Source: an uncultured Methanosarcinaceae archaeon
GTDB lineage: Archaea > Halobacteriota > Methanosarcinia > Methanosarcinales > Methanosarcinaceae
Length of the DNA: 64,000 nt
NCBI GenBank assembly: GCA_963721455.1
Contig: CAVRJG010000033.1
Location: 32,001-96,000 of the forward strand
Direction of reading: 5' to 3'
The notes under the pieces: model-generated
Seen by the model: the letters and a program-made list of their open reading frames with translations, nothing else
The model's database searches: none
Told to the model about the DNA's origin: nothing
Shown here: positions 20,006 through 30,730 of the stretch, one piece after another
Position numbering within the stretch: the first letter of the stretch is position 1
Layout: each line of letters starts with the position of its first letter
Translations under genes and position numbers: made by a program

Positions 20006-20189
20006 ATTCGCGAGCAAGATCCGATAAAACAAGAGCTGAAACATCAGGTTCTCGGGGAGTGTAAAATCTTTGAACAAATTCGCGAGCAAGATACACTAAA
20101 ACAAGGATTGAAACCCGAATTGAGTTTTGGCTCACTTCTTGAGCTTACCAAGGTTGAGAAGTATCTTCCATTAAAGCAAAGGTTAAAAT
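20006..20189 (+). CRISPR. Orphan CRISPR mini-array 3 (2 repeats + degenerate terminal repeat, 35- and 38-nt spacers)
   Basis: ATTCGCGAGCAAGATCCGATAAAACAAGAGCTGAAAC (20006-20042), ATTCGCGAGCAAGATACACTAAAACAAGGATTGAAAC (20078-20114) and degenerate GTTGAGAAGTATCTTCCATTAAAGCAAAGGTTAAAAT (20153-20189). Confidence 0.8.
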
Positions 20190-20261
20190 TCCGAAAAGTT
20201 CCGCAATTTTCCTTTTCAGTTGCCTTTAAATCCCATAAACTAGCTACTATTCCTGATTGAC

Positions 20262-21302
20262 GTGGCAAGGAAAAAGCAATTTGAGAAGCCCCTGCATGGG
20301 GACAAGGAAAGCCTGCGCTTTGCAACCCCTGAACCTATTGCCAGCTACAGGGCACAGCGCCTGAAGTGTAAGACTCTGGCTGACATCAGCTGCGGAATAG
20401 GAGGGCAGACTGTTTTTTTTGCACAGCAATGCGAGTTCGTTTATGCAGTGGAAATTGACCCCAAAAAAATCGAATATGCCAGGCAGAACTGTGAGATGTA
20501 CGGGCTTGATAATGTAAAATTCATTTGCGGAGACGCCCTTGACCCGAAAGTTATAGAGCAGATCCCGGCAGTTGATGTGGTTTTTTCAGACCCGTTCCGT
20601 CCGGCAGAAGAAAACGAAAGGCACGTCTCAAGCCTTGAGCCGGGCATTCCTAATGTGCTGTCTGCTTACGGGGAAAAGACAAGAAATTTTGCCTTTGAAG
20701 CTCCTCCTCAGATGCCGCCTGAAAGAATTCCGTTTGACTGCGAAAAGGAGTACATCTCTCTGGACGGCCAGCTCAACCGGCTGACCCTTTACTTCGGCTG
20801 GCTGAAGCGGTATGACAGGATGGCTGTAGCTCTTCCTGCAGGCGAAGGACTGGTTCCAAAAGATGGGCTGCTCCCGCAGATAAGGGAAACTGAGAAGATG
20901 AAACTCTGCGCCTACGAGCCCGAACCCTCTGTGGTTGCAGCAGGGCTGCTGCCTGAACTCGTGGAATCCATGATACAGATGATAGGACCTATTATGGGGC
21001 ATTTCGAACTCTTCAAAGTTGACAAAAAGAGGCTTTTGCTCACCTCTGATGCCCTGATGAAGCAATCCATGATCAAAAACCATTATCTGGTCCTGAAAAC
21101 CTGCCCCTTTGAGCCAAAGGATATCAATAAATTCCTGAAAGATAGAAATGTCGGGAGTGTAGTGCTCAGGGCAGGCGTGAAGCCCGAAGATTACTGGGAA
21201 GTCCGAAACGAGGTTGAAAAAGGCCTTGAAGGAAAAAAGACAGTGCACCTCTTTGTAAAAGGCGGGACTGCAATCCTCTGTGAAGTTATCTTTAAGGACT
21301 GA
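20262..21302 (+). CDS. Class I SAM-dependent RNA methyltransferase (Tgs1/RsmD-like, THUMP-like C-terminus)
   Basis: RFATPEPIA, DISCGIGGQ motif I, AVEID and VFSDP. Confidence 0.75.
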   Translation: MARKKQFEKPLHGDKESLRFATPEPIASYRAQRLKCKTLADISCGIGGQTVFFAQQCEFVYAVEIDPKKIEYARQNCEMYGLDNVKFICGDALDPKVIEQIPAVDVVFSDPFRPAEENERHVSSLEPGIPNVLSAYGEKTRNFAFEAPPQMPPERIPFDCEKEYISLDGQLNRLTLYFGWLKRYDRMAVALPAGEGLVPKDGLLPQIRETEKMKLCAYEPEPSVVAAGLLPELVESMIQMIGPIMGHFELFKVDKKRLLLTSDALMKQSMIKNHYLVLKTCPFEPKDINKFLKDRNVGSVVLRAGVKPEDYWEVRNEVEKGLEGKKTVHLFVKGGTAILCEVIFKD

Positions 21303-21465
21303 AAGAGACTTTAAGAACTGAAAACGCTTTTAAAATCTCTTTCAGACTTTAAGGACTGAAAAGAGGGTGAGCTGGAAAAGTTTGAAAGGGAGATAGCACA
21401 AAAATCAAAAAGGGTAAAAAACCGGGCTTTAAAAACCCGGTATCAGTTTTTATTGATTTCTTAAT

Positions 21466-21534
21466 TTATTTTGATTCATTTAATTCTTTTTGATTCGTTT
21501 GATTCGTTTGATTCTTTTTGATTCATTTGATTTT
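21466..21534. repeat. Low-complexity TTGATTC(A/G)TTT repeats downstream of alaS
   Basis: Several ttgattc-based units in tandem. Confidence 0.55.
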
Positions 21535-24312
21535 TCAGGCTTGCTTGCAGGCTTCTTTCACAAGTTCAAGCCCGCGGGCAAGGGCATCCTGAATTCTTGT
21601 GGGGTCAGTTCCACCGCCCATTGCAAACGCAGGCTTCCCACCGCCGCCTCCGCTGACAATTTTTGACATCTCGCGGACAAGGTTGCCGGCATTGATTCCA
21701 CAGTTTAGGGCTTTTTGTCCGGCAGACGCTACGATCTTAACTCCTTCAGCATCGCTTGCAAGAAGAGCTACCACATCTTCATGTTTAAGGAATTCAGTGG
21801 CGATTTTCTGGAGCTCAAGGGAATCAGCCCCATGAATAAATTCGGCAATAACCTTAAGGCCTGCAAGCTCAAACGCTTCGCCCAGCAGCCTGTAAACCCT
21901 GGAACGGGCAAGCTCTTCCTTGAGCTTCTCATTTTCTTTTTTAAGGTCTTTCCATTCCCCGAAGAAACGCTCAACGCTTGTTGGAAGGTGTTCGGGAGGT
22001 ACACTCAGGGTCTTTGAGGAATCGGTCAGGAGCGAATCTATATTTTGCATGGCACGTACGGCTGCAACACCGGCTGCAAACTCAATCCTTTCCACACCGT
22101 CCTGGATCCTCTCGGCCTTCAGGATTTTGATAGGACCGATAATCCCTGTACTGATGCAGTGAGTACCGGCGCAGGCCTCGACATCATCTCCGACCTTTAC
22201 AATCCTGATCTTTTCTCCAGGAGGTACTCCACCCTGATAGAGCCCAAAGCCATATTCCTGCTCGGCTTCAGTCCTTGGCATCCATTCTGTAATAATCCGC
22301 TTGTTTTCCATGACCGTGAGGTTTGCCAGAAGCTCGATCTGCCTCAGTTCTTCCGGAGAGATATGTTTGTAATGCGAGAGGTCAAGCCTCGAATGGTCCT
22401 CAAACTTCTGGGCACCGGCCTGCCAGATGTGTTTTCCAAGAACTTTCCTGGCGGCATCGTTTACTATATGGGTTGCCGTGTGGTGCCTGGCAAGGGCCAT
22501 CCTGCGCCTTTCATCCACTTTGCCTGTGACAATGTCGCCTTTTCGGATCTCAAGATCCCCATCCGGATTATCTACTGCATGCACGATTACGCCGTTGTAC
22601 ACCTGGACGTCCACTACCCTGTACACAGCATATCCGGCAGTGATTAACCCGATATCTGCAGGCTGCCCTCCGCCTTCGGCATAGAAAAAGGTGTTGTCCA
22701 GAACTATGTGGTTGCCAAAGACATCCAGGACAACAGCTTCGAATTCCAGGCGCGTGGGTTCATCATAAAAGCTGCGCTTTGTCTTCGGGAGGTGCTTAAG
22801 CCGGTCTGCAAACGGGACTACCTCTACTTCCTTTTCTTCAGCCTTGTTATGCAGCTCACCAATGATGGAATAGAAATTGTCAGGGAATTCTACTTCAACT
22901 CCGATTTCGGCTGCTACTTCCTTTGCCATCTCGGGTGGGATTCCATGGGAATCATAAAGTTCGGTCAACTGGGACAGAGGGATCTTTTCCCCGCTTTTCT
23001 TGAAGTGAGATGCCGATTTCTGGATGATCCTGCGGCCTCTCTCCATTGTATTATTGAATTTCTCTTCTTCAGATTCCAGGATGTCCTGTATGACCGGGAA
23101 GTTTTGCCTGAATTCGGGATACTCGGGCATATTCTTTATATGCATTTCTACAATTTCGGAAAGCGGGGTCCGGATGTCAAGGTCATCCATCATGCGTAAA
23201 GTCCTCCTGAGGACAAGCCGGGCAAGATATCCTGCCTTGACATTCGAGGGAATGATCCCGTCTCCAAGCATGAAAGTCAGACATCGTGTGTGGTCAGTGA
23301 TTGCATAGACCTTTTCTACGGGTTCCATTATAGCCGAGAGTTTATCAACTGTCATTCCAATGCTTGAGGCAACCTTTTTCCTGAGTTCCATAAGGTTTGC
23401 CTTTTCACTGACATCCATAAACCCTGCAAGTCTGGCGTTCTGGGCCAGGATGTTTGCATACTCGGAGTTATCCAGCTCATGTTCAAGCCCTGCAAGCCCC
23501 ATGAGTTCGTTCACTATGCCAGGGAAAAGCGCGTCATAGATTGTAGGGGAACCCTTTGAAGCCCAGGCAAAACGTTCGAGCCCGTATCCCGTATCCACGA
23601 TATAGTTATCCATCTTCGAGTAAGTTTCACCTTTGATCAGGACATCTCCTTTTTTGTCGGCTTTCAGGTCCATGAAAACAAGGGTAGCAAGCTCAAGCCC
23701 GTGCACAATTACCTCGACACAGGGTCCGGCATTTCCTCCGCCTGCCCAGGGCTCTTCTTTGTAGGTTACGGCAAAGGGGTCTACCTTCAGTGAATTTAAG
23801 AGCTCGTCACAGAGTTCCAGGGTATGTTCCTTCCAGTAAATTTCGTTATCCCTTTTATTGAAGGCATGGTGTGCCATCATCTCAAAAGTTGTAAGATGGC
23901 GTCCACTCCTGCCTACCGAGTCCAGGTCGTTCAGGCGAATGCAGGGCTGGGAAATCGTGAGGGGATTTGCAGGTGGGGGAACCTGCCCTGAGGTTACGAA
24001 AGGCTGGAAATCGGCAATGGATGCAATGGTAAGATAAATGTCATCCCTCCAGCGGGCAACTACAGGATTACGGTTGATCCTTGTATGCCCTCTCGCCTCA
24101 AAGAAGGAGAGGTAATACTCACGCATCTGTGAGATATCAAATTCCCTGAAAAATACCGGGCTTCCTATGAAGGAATAAGGATCGCAGGGCGCATCTCCGC
24201 ATGTCTTTCGATCAAGGTCACGTGTCCAGAAGAACTTGCCGCATGTCTGGCACTGCTTCCGGACGAATCCATTGTTTTTGAAAAATTCAAGTTGATATTC
24301 ATCTTCAAGCAT
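21535..24312 (-). CDS. alaS: Alanine--tRNA ligase
   Basis: Archaeal AlaRS N-terminus (MLEDEYQLEFF...CGDAPC), VDTGYGLER, editing HHTATH and ACAGTHC, and C-Ala GGGGGK. Confidence 0.97.
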   Translation of the reverse strand: MLEDEYQLEFFKNNGFVRKQCQTCGKFFWTRDLDRKTCGDAPCDPYSFIGSPVFFREFDISQMREYYLSFFEARGHTRINRNPVVARWRDDIYLTIASIADFQPFVTSGQVPPPANPLTISQPCIRLNDLDSVGRSGRHLTTFEMMAHHAFNKRDNEIYWKEHTLELCDELLNSLKVDPFAVTYKEEPWAGGGNAGPCVEVIVHGLELATLVFMDLKADKKGDVLIKGETYSKMDNYIVDTGYGLERFAWASKGSPTIYDALFPGIVNELMGLAGLEHELDNSEYANILAQNARLAGFMDVSEKANLMELRKKVASSIGMTVDKLSAIMEPVEKVYAITDHTRCLTFMLGDGIIPSNVKAGYLARLVLRRTLRMMDDLDIRTPLSEIVEMHIKNMPEYPEFRQNFPVIQDILESEEEKFNNTMERGRRIIQKSASHFKKSGEKIPLSQLTELYDSHGIPPEMAKEVAAEIGVEVEFPDNFYSIIGELHNKAEEKEVEVVPFADRLKHLPKTKRSFYDEPTRLEFEAVVLDVFGNHIVLDNTFFYAEGGGQPADIGLITAGYAVYRVVDVQVYNGVIVHAVDNPDGDLEIRKGDIVTGKVDERRRMALARHHTATHIVNDAARKVLGKHIWQAGAQKFEDHSRLDLSHYKHISPEELRQIELLANLTVMENKRIITEWMPRTEAEQEYGFGLYQGGVPPGEKIRIVKVGDDVEACAGTHCISTGIIGPIKILKAERIQDGVERIEFAAGVAAVRAMQNIDSLLTDSSKTLSVPPEHLPTSVERFFGEWKDLKKENEKLKEELARSRVYRLLGEAFELAGLKVIAEFIHGADSLELQKIATEFLKHEDVVALLASDAEGVKIVASAGQKALNCGINAGNLVREMSKIVSGGGGGKPAFAMGGGTDPTRIQDALARGLELVKEACKQA

Positions 24313-24773
24313 AACAATCTCTCCGGCGGGTGGGGGTTTGCTCTGCCCTGATTTATCTGAAAACAAAAGGAGAAATACCCCGACTCAACCGTTTCAAGGA
24401 ACTTCCAGGCACTTTAAGTGCATATACGATAATTCAATCCATTTATCCGTTAATTTTGTATAAAGCATAAGGGAATTAACCTGAAATAGTGAAATATTCG
24501 TAAATTTTGTGCGAATAAATTTTTTTAGTTCTAAGCTTCTTTTACAATATAAACAACTTACACAACATTAACGAAATATATAATAATGTTGCATTAAACC
24601 AGACCCGTACTTATGGGCCTTAACCTATTACAGGTATTCTACAGAAAAACCTTATTCTTCACTTTAAAAGGCAGGAAGTTACTTTTATAGAAATAAAAGA
24701 CAGGCTTCTTATTCGAAAAATTTGCTGAAAAATCGGAACCAGGGAAAAAGATCGTTCCTGCGCCCTGGATTTC

Positions 24774-25034
24774 TTATCTGTACAGAACCACTGTCCTTCC
24801 GCGTACCTCGATCAGTGTGGATCTTGTGGCGTCTGCAATTTCTTCCGCGATAGCTTTTAAGTCTTTTCCTTCCTCAGCACTTTTCAGTACCCTTATCTTT
24901 ACAAGCCTGTTAGCTTTTATTTGTTTATTCAATTCTTCAATCAGAGTGTCTGTTACCCCGTTCTTCCCGATATTAAGAATAGGGGAAATCTGGTTTGCTT
25001 CGGATTTCAAACGATATAATTTTTCTTTCTCCAT
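24774..25034 (-). CDS. YhbY/CRM-domain RNA-binding protein
   Basis: LNIGKNGVTD, LVKIRVL and IEVRGRTVVLYR. Confidence 0.9.
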   Translation of the reverse strand: MEKEKLYRLKSEANQISPILNIGKNGVTDTLIEELNKQIKANRLVKIRVLKSAEEGKDLKAIAEEIADATRSTLIEVRGRTVVLYR

Positions 25035-25542
25035 TGCCCTTCCTCGCATTGATAATTATAGAACCCATGCTGCCAATCATGAAATAGCCATTAATATAAT
25101 AGTAATCCATGTTATTATAATAGAATATTACTATTATTAGAGACAATAATAAAAAATTATGCAGCTAATAATAAAAAAACTGTCTCCTCCTGGAAGCTCT
25201 TTACCATTGAACCAGGTTCCTCCTTTTCTCATCAGCATCTATATCAAAGTTTCCTAGTAAACCGAAAGGCAGTCAGTTAGTTTTCTTTTCCGGGTTCAAC
25301 ATTAATTCTTTTCACTTAGCTGTTCTTGCCAGTTTATTCAACAAATTAAATAATGGTTATATCAGGGATTCTACCCGTAAATTCGCTAAATTATGGCTGT
25401 TTGCCCAATTTAATTAGGAGCAAGACGAAGTTTTCAAATAATTTCGACACCTTTATTAGCAGTTTGGCACTCATTAAGGATTATAAAAAACGGAACCGGT
25501 GAACGAACCCCTTTTTCAGAAGTTCAGGACGGTGACTGTAAA

Positions 25543-26334
25543 ATGAATCCAGGCTTGCTTGATCTTATCTTGTTTTCAGAGAAGAGAAAAGATTTTCTCC
25601 TGCTCCTGAAAGAAGGCCCGATAAATATTGAAGAGATACTTGAGAAGCTTCAGGTGCCCAGGACAGCTCTCCTTCCGCAGATTAAGAAACTGAAAGAAGA
25701 GGACCTTGTAATACACGAAGACGGAGTGTACCGGCTCAGCACGATAGGGGAAATCGTTGTAGAAAAGATGCAGCCTCTCCTTGACACCCTTGCAGTTTTT
25801 GAGAAAAATGAAGATTTCTGGGCAAATCGAAAACTTGCTCCTATTCCCCCTCATCTCATGAAAAGAATCGGGGATCTTGGAGATTACCGCCTGATAGAAC
25901 CTGACCTCAGCCATACCTTTGATATGAACCCTGAGTTTGTAAAACATCTTTCGAATTCAAGCTGCATCCACATGTTTTTTTCCTATTTTCACCCTCAGTT
26001 TCCGGCTAATTTTCTCAGCCTTGCAAGAAAGGGCATTGACATTTCCCTTATCTTGAGTGAAGCTGTATACTTACGGCTTGAAGAAGATTTCAAAAAAGAG
26101 GGAAAAGAATTCCTCAAAATGGAAAACACAAGCCTCTTTATCCTGGACAAAAAAAGAATAGAAATACCTGCGGTTATTGCTTCCACTGACAGGATAATGA
26201 CTCTTGGACTTTTCAACGAAAACGGCAGATTTGATCGCCAGTATATAATAAGTTTTGAACGTGGAGCAATAAAATGGGGAGAAGAACTGTTCAAATATTA
26301 CAGGGACATGAGCAGGGAAATAAAATCTAAATAA
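25543..26334 (+). CDS. Winged-helix transcriptional regulator (DUF1724-type, Methanosarcina family)
   Basis: LFSEKRKDFLLLLKEGP...LPQIKKL wHTH and AIKWGEELFKYY C-terminus. Confidence 0.85.
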   Translation: MNPGLLDLILFSEKRKDFLLLLKEGPINIEEILEKLQVPRTALLPQIKKLKEEDLVIHEDGVYRLSTIGEIVVEKMQPLLDTLAVFEKNEDFWANRKLAPIPPHLMKRIGDLGDYRLIEPDLSHTFDMNPEFVKHLSNSSCIHMFFSYFHPQFPANFLSLARKGIDISLILSEAVYLRLEEDFKKEGKEFLKMENTSLFILDKKRIEIPAVIASTDRIMTLGLFNENGRFDRQYIISFERGAIKWGEELFKYYRDMSREIKSK

Positions 26335-26532
26335 AGATTAAAAATGTAAAAAGCAGGAAGATTTACAGCTTTTTATAGATGCATCAATGTACGGACGACG
26401 AGACCTATTGAAAGCGAATTATTGACCCGTAAATATGATTAAAGGTTTTTTGAGTTATAATACTTTTTTTAAATAATCTGGTTTTCAGGCAATAATCTTG
26501 AAAGAACAATGCTGTCTGCATTAAACTTAAAT

Positions 26533-26581
26533 ATTAGGTATGCCTAAATGCGGATAAACTAAAAGATTAGGTATGCCTAAA
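26533..26581. promoter_or_regulatory. Two tandem palindromic boxes TTAGGTATGCCTAA, candidate DtxR/IdeR-family iron-repressor sites
   Basis: Identical 14-mers at 26534-26547 and 26567-26580, directly upstream of feo genes. Confidence 0.7.
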
Positions 26582-26596
26582 AATGAGAGTAGACGT

Positions 26597-26719
26597 ATGA
26601 AATTGCCATTTATCTGTCCCGAAGGGGAATGTTGTTGCGGAAAAAAGGGATGTACTCCAGGAAAAGGGCTCCCGAAAGTCGTACTTATCGGAAGTCCCAA
26701 TGTGGGGAAAAGCCTGTGA
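26597..26719 (+). pseudogene. feoB: feoB 5' remnant (40 codons), remainder deleted
   Basis: MKLPFICPEGECCCGKKGCTPGKGLPKVVLIGSPNVGKSL* ends right after the GTPase G1 motif GxPNVGKS. Upstream of feoA. Confidence 0.75.
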
Positions 26720-26883
26720 ATTGCCCTCTCTGCGGAAACAAGTTTGAGAAACCTGATGAAACAAAATGCACCGGTTGCGGAAAACTTCACAGCTGCAACA
26801 GGCAGTGCTGTCCGAACTGCGGATATGAGCTTGTAAAAGAAGCAAAAATAATACAATCCATACGGAAGTTTTTCAAATGTTAA
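26716..26883 (+). CDS. Small Cys-rich feo-associated protein
   Basis: GTG start overlapping the feoB-remnant TGA. CPLC...CTGC...C...CCPNC. Confidence 0.7.
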   Translation: MNCPLCGNKFEKPDETKCTGCGKLHSCNRQCCPNCGYELVKEAKIIQSIRKFFKC

Positions 26884-27128
26884 CAGAAAACTCACACATT
26901 GCCCTGAAAACCACGGATCTCTGCTCAATGGAGCCTAAAAAAATAGGAAAGATATCCCACCTGGAAACTAAAAACCCGGGAATTTTGCAGAAACTCATAT
27001 CAATGGGCATCCTGCCAGGCATGCCAGTTACTCTGCTCAGGCGATCTCCGTCATACCTTTTTGAGGTCGACCAGACCCGGTATGCTGTTGACAGGGAAAT
27101 AGCAAACCATATCTACGTCAGCTACTGA
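26877..27128 (+). CDS. feoA: Ferrous iron transport protein A
   Basis: LQKLISMGILPGMPVTLLRRSP...RYAVDREIA FeoA signature. Confidence 0.88.
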   Translation: MLTENSHIALKTTDLCSMEPKKIGKISHLETKNPGILQKLISMGILPGMPVTLLRRSPSYLFEVDQTRYAVDREIANHIYVSY

Positions 27129-27236
27129 TTGATCTCTTGAAATTACAGGCTAGAATCCATTTTGGATGCGAGCCCCAGGGATCAGGCTGTTTAGCCCGCT
27201 GTGAACAGGTACAACAAAAAAATAGGAAAAAGAAAA

Positions 27237-27794
27237 TTATTCCCTTACATGCCTGACAATGTGGCCGGCTTCGGGAATGATAATTTCGGAAAGAGCCAGT
27301 TTCACGGCATTCGGGGAACCAGGGAGGCAGAATACAGCTTTTCCTTTAATCACGCCTGCTGCAGCCCGCGTAAGGATTACCGACGTTCCTATCTCGTCAA
27401 GGCTTTTGTACCTGAAAAGCTCTCCAAAGCCTGGAATTTCCTTCTCAAAAAGAGGGGAAATGGACTCGATTGTAAGGTCTTTTGGAGCAAGCCCCGTACC
27501 CCCGCTAGTAATTATAATATCTGTGGAACTACCAAGGGCAGCAAAAACTGCCTCTACGATTGAAGTTTTTTCGTCGGAAACGAGCCTGTAGAAAGCAACT
27601 TTATGGCCAGCGGCTTCAAGAAGATCCTGCATAGCCTTTCCTGAAAGGTCTTCAGCTTCTTCAGGTAAGGCAGAATCTCCGTATTTTTCATACCTTGAGG
27701 TCGAAATTGTAATTAAGGCAAAAGAAAAAGACTTTTTAGCATCTTTTTTGTGAATTTCCGGTGTGGGTTCTTTCATGAAAACAACGCTCTCCAT
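27237..27794 (-). CDS. moaB: Molybdenum cofactor biosynthesis protein MoaB/MogA
   Basis: IITSGGTGLAPKDLTIE, IPGFGELFR and FCLPGSPNAV. Confidence 0.88.
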   Translation of the reverse strand: MESVVFMKEPTPEIHKKDAKKSFSFALITISTSRYEKYGDSALPEEAEDLSGKAMQDLLEAAGHKVAFYRLVSDEKTSIVEAVFAALGSSTDIIITSGGTGLAPKDLTIESISPLFEKEIPGFGELFRYKSLDEIGTSVILTRAAAGVIKGKAVFCLPGSPNAVKLALSEIIIPEAGHIVRHVRE

Positions 27795-27875
27795 TTTTAG
27801 ACATGTTTATGCGGTGTCCGGTTTATTTCTACTTGCCTGCCTATGTTTTAATAGCTTATCAGCCAATGCTCAGAT

Positions 27876-28997
27876 ATGCTCATACTTGCAGCGGATATAG
27901 GAACAGGTACACAGGATATCCTGCTCTTTGATTCGGAAAAAGAGGTGGAAAACAGCCTGCTTATGGTTATGCCTGCTCCCACCCAGGTCACTGCGGAGAA
28001 GGTGCGGAAAGCGACCAGAGAAGGGAGGTCGATAGTGCTTACCGGGAACATAATGGGAGGAGGCCCTTCAACATTCGCTATAAGGGATCACCTCAAGGCA
28101 GGTTTTCCGGTGTATGCTACTGAACAGGCTGCTCTGACCATCCATGACAGTCTGGAAAAAGTAAAGGCTTTTGGGGTCAGGATTGTCTCCGAAGAAGAGG
28201 CAAAAAAACTTGCATGCGAGGGAAGTGCACTGAATATCGTTATGCGGGACTTCGACCCGGAATCGATTTCATCCGCACTTTCTGTTTTTGAAGTTCACAT
28301 GCCTGAAAACTATGCTGTGGCGGTGCAGGATCATGGGAATTCCCCTGAGAAGAGCAACAGGGTTTACCGATTTGAACTCTTCAGAGAACTTATTGAAAGA
28401 GGAGGAAAACTTGAAAACTTCGTGTACAGTCCAGAGGAAATCCCTGACGCCTTTACCCGCATGAAAGCCCAGGCAGATTCCCTTCTCAAAGCTGTCGGAA
28501 ACCTGGAAACAAGGTCGGTTTTCATGGATACCGGCCCTTCAGCTATCTTCGGGGCTCTTACTGACCCTGCAGCCATCCAGCCTTCGGTCGTGGTTAATAT
28601 TGGGAACGGGCATACCCTTGGGGCACTTGTGCTTGAAAACAGGATCGCGGCACTCTTTGAGCACCACAGTTCCCGCATGAGCGCGGAAAAACTGCAGGAC
28701 TATATAATAAGGCTTGCCGACGGAAGCCTTGGTTTTGATGAGGTCTTTGCAGATGGAGGGCACGGCGCGTACATAAAGGAGGCTCCAGGCTTTGAGCAGG
28801 TCAGATCTATAATAGTGACAGGCCCGAAAAGAGAAATACTTGAAAAGCTTTCAGATTCCGAGATCAGGAAAGGAATTAAAGAAAAGTTGCATTTTGCCGC
28901 GCCTTTCGGGAGCATGATGCTGTCAGGCTGTTTTGGGCTCCTTGCGGGATTCTTTGAAAAATATCCGGAACCATCAATAAAATTTATAAACCACTAA
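27876..28997 (+). CDS. DUF1786 family protein (actin-like ATPase fold)
   Basis: DIGTGTQDIL, AVQDHG, NIGNGHT and FEHH. Confidence 0.8.
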   Translation: MLILAADIGTGTQDILLFDSEKEVENSLLMVMPAPTQVTAEKVRKATREGRSIVLTGNIMGGGPSTFAIRDHLKAGFPVYATEQAALTIHDSLEKVKAFGVRIVSEEEAKKLACEGSALNIVMRDFDPESISSALSVFEVHMPENYAVAVQDHGNSPEKSNRVYRFELFRELIERGGKLENFVYSPEEIPDAFTRMKAQADSLLKAVGNLETRSVFMDTGPSAIFGALTDPAAIQPSVVVNIGNGHTLGALVLENRIAALFEHHSSRMSAEKLQDYIIRLADGSLGFDEVFADGGHGAYIKEAPGFEQVRSIIVTGPKREILEKLSDSEIRKGIKEKLHFAAPFGSMMLSGCFGLLAGFFEKYPEPSIKFINH

Positions 28998-29192
28998 GTA
29001 GTAGGGAGTAAGTCATAAACACCCGGAATATATAAATTTTCAGGGGTTAAAAATTTCAAGCCCGAATCCCCTTCAAAGGGCACGGGGACGCAAAAGTTGC
29101 CTGCTAAAGCCCACCAGGGCCGATTTACAGATAAATGTAAATACAGGCAGGTATCTCTATATGCACATATCTCATACTGAATGGTTTGCTAA

Positions 29193-29813
<621 letters not shown>

Positions 29814-29849
29814 CCAGTTAAACTGTTAAAATCAAACGGGAGTATAATA

Positions 29850-30458
29850 ATGTACGATTACGAAGAGCTTTTGAACCGTGCAATGGAAAAAATGCCGGAA
29901 ACCGAGACTACGGACGCTCGATTCGTAATCCCTGAACCCAGACTCTTTTCCGAAGGCAAAACCACAATTCTGGATAACTTCGGAAATATTGCAGATATCC
30001 TTAACCGGGACCCTGACCACCTGATGAAATATCTCACCAGGGAGCTGGGGACTGCAGGGAAGATAGAAGGCACACGTGCCGTCTTCCAGGGAAGGTTTAC
30101 GAGAGCTCAGATGACTGACAACATTCAGGCTTATGTGGACGAATACGTAATGTGTTCGGAATGCGAACGCCCGGACACCCAGCTTGTCAGGGTGGACAGA
30201 GTGCTTATCCTGAAATGTTCTGCTTGCGGGGCTCACAGACCTGTCAAAAAGAGAAAGGTCAGCAATGTGGTTATCAGGGATGCCATTGAAGAAGGTGGAA
30301 TCTATGAACTCCGGATTGATGCAGTCGGGTCCAAAGGTGACGGGATAGCAAAGATAGACAAATATACGGTTTTCGTGCCCGGTGCCGGAAAAGGCGACGT
30401 GGTTAAAGTAAAAATAAAGAAAATCAGCGGAAACCTCGCCTTCTCAGAGAGGGTCTGA
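29850..30458 (+). CDS. eif2b: Translation initiation factor 2 subunit beta with C-terminal TRAM domain
   Basis: [18 protein letters not shown], zinc ribbon CSEC...CSACGA and [20 protein letters not shown]. Confidence 0.93.
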   Translation: MYDYEELLNRAMEKMPETETTDARFVIPEPRLFSEGKTTILDNFGNIADILNRDPDHLMKYLTRELGTAGKIEGTRAVFQGRFTRAQMTDNIQAYVDEYVMCSECERPDTQLVRVDRVLILKCSACGAHRPVKKRKVSNVVIRDAIEEGGIYELRIDAVGSKGDGIAKIDKYTVFVPGAGKGDVVKVKIKKISGNLAFSERV

Positions 30459-30730
30459 GGTTTAAGCGTTTTTAGAAATCATTAAGGCAGTCGGGGCCGA
30501 TTACTCCAGTTCTCGTGCCCGGACAGCTTAAGTCCTTATTTTCAGGGATTACCTTTTATATCCAGAGATTAAAATCTCGTATTCAGACATTACCTATTTT
30601 TGAAGCTTTCAGGTGCCATTCAGCCATTTTTAATTAGAGACCTTCTGGAGTTCAGCCTCCGGAAACCCCCAGGGCGATTTTAAATATCTACCAGTCAACC
30701 ACCATTAAAAGCAGGAATGTGTGAGAAAAA

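Noticed and set aside
19973-20260. 95-aa ORF with repeated IREQD...KQ.LK
   Set aside because: It is a translation of CRISPR repeats and spacers, not a credible gene.
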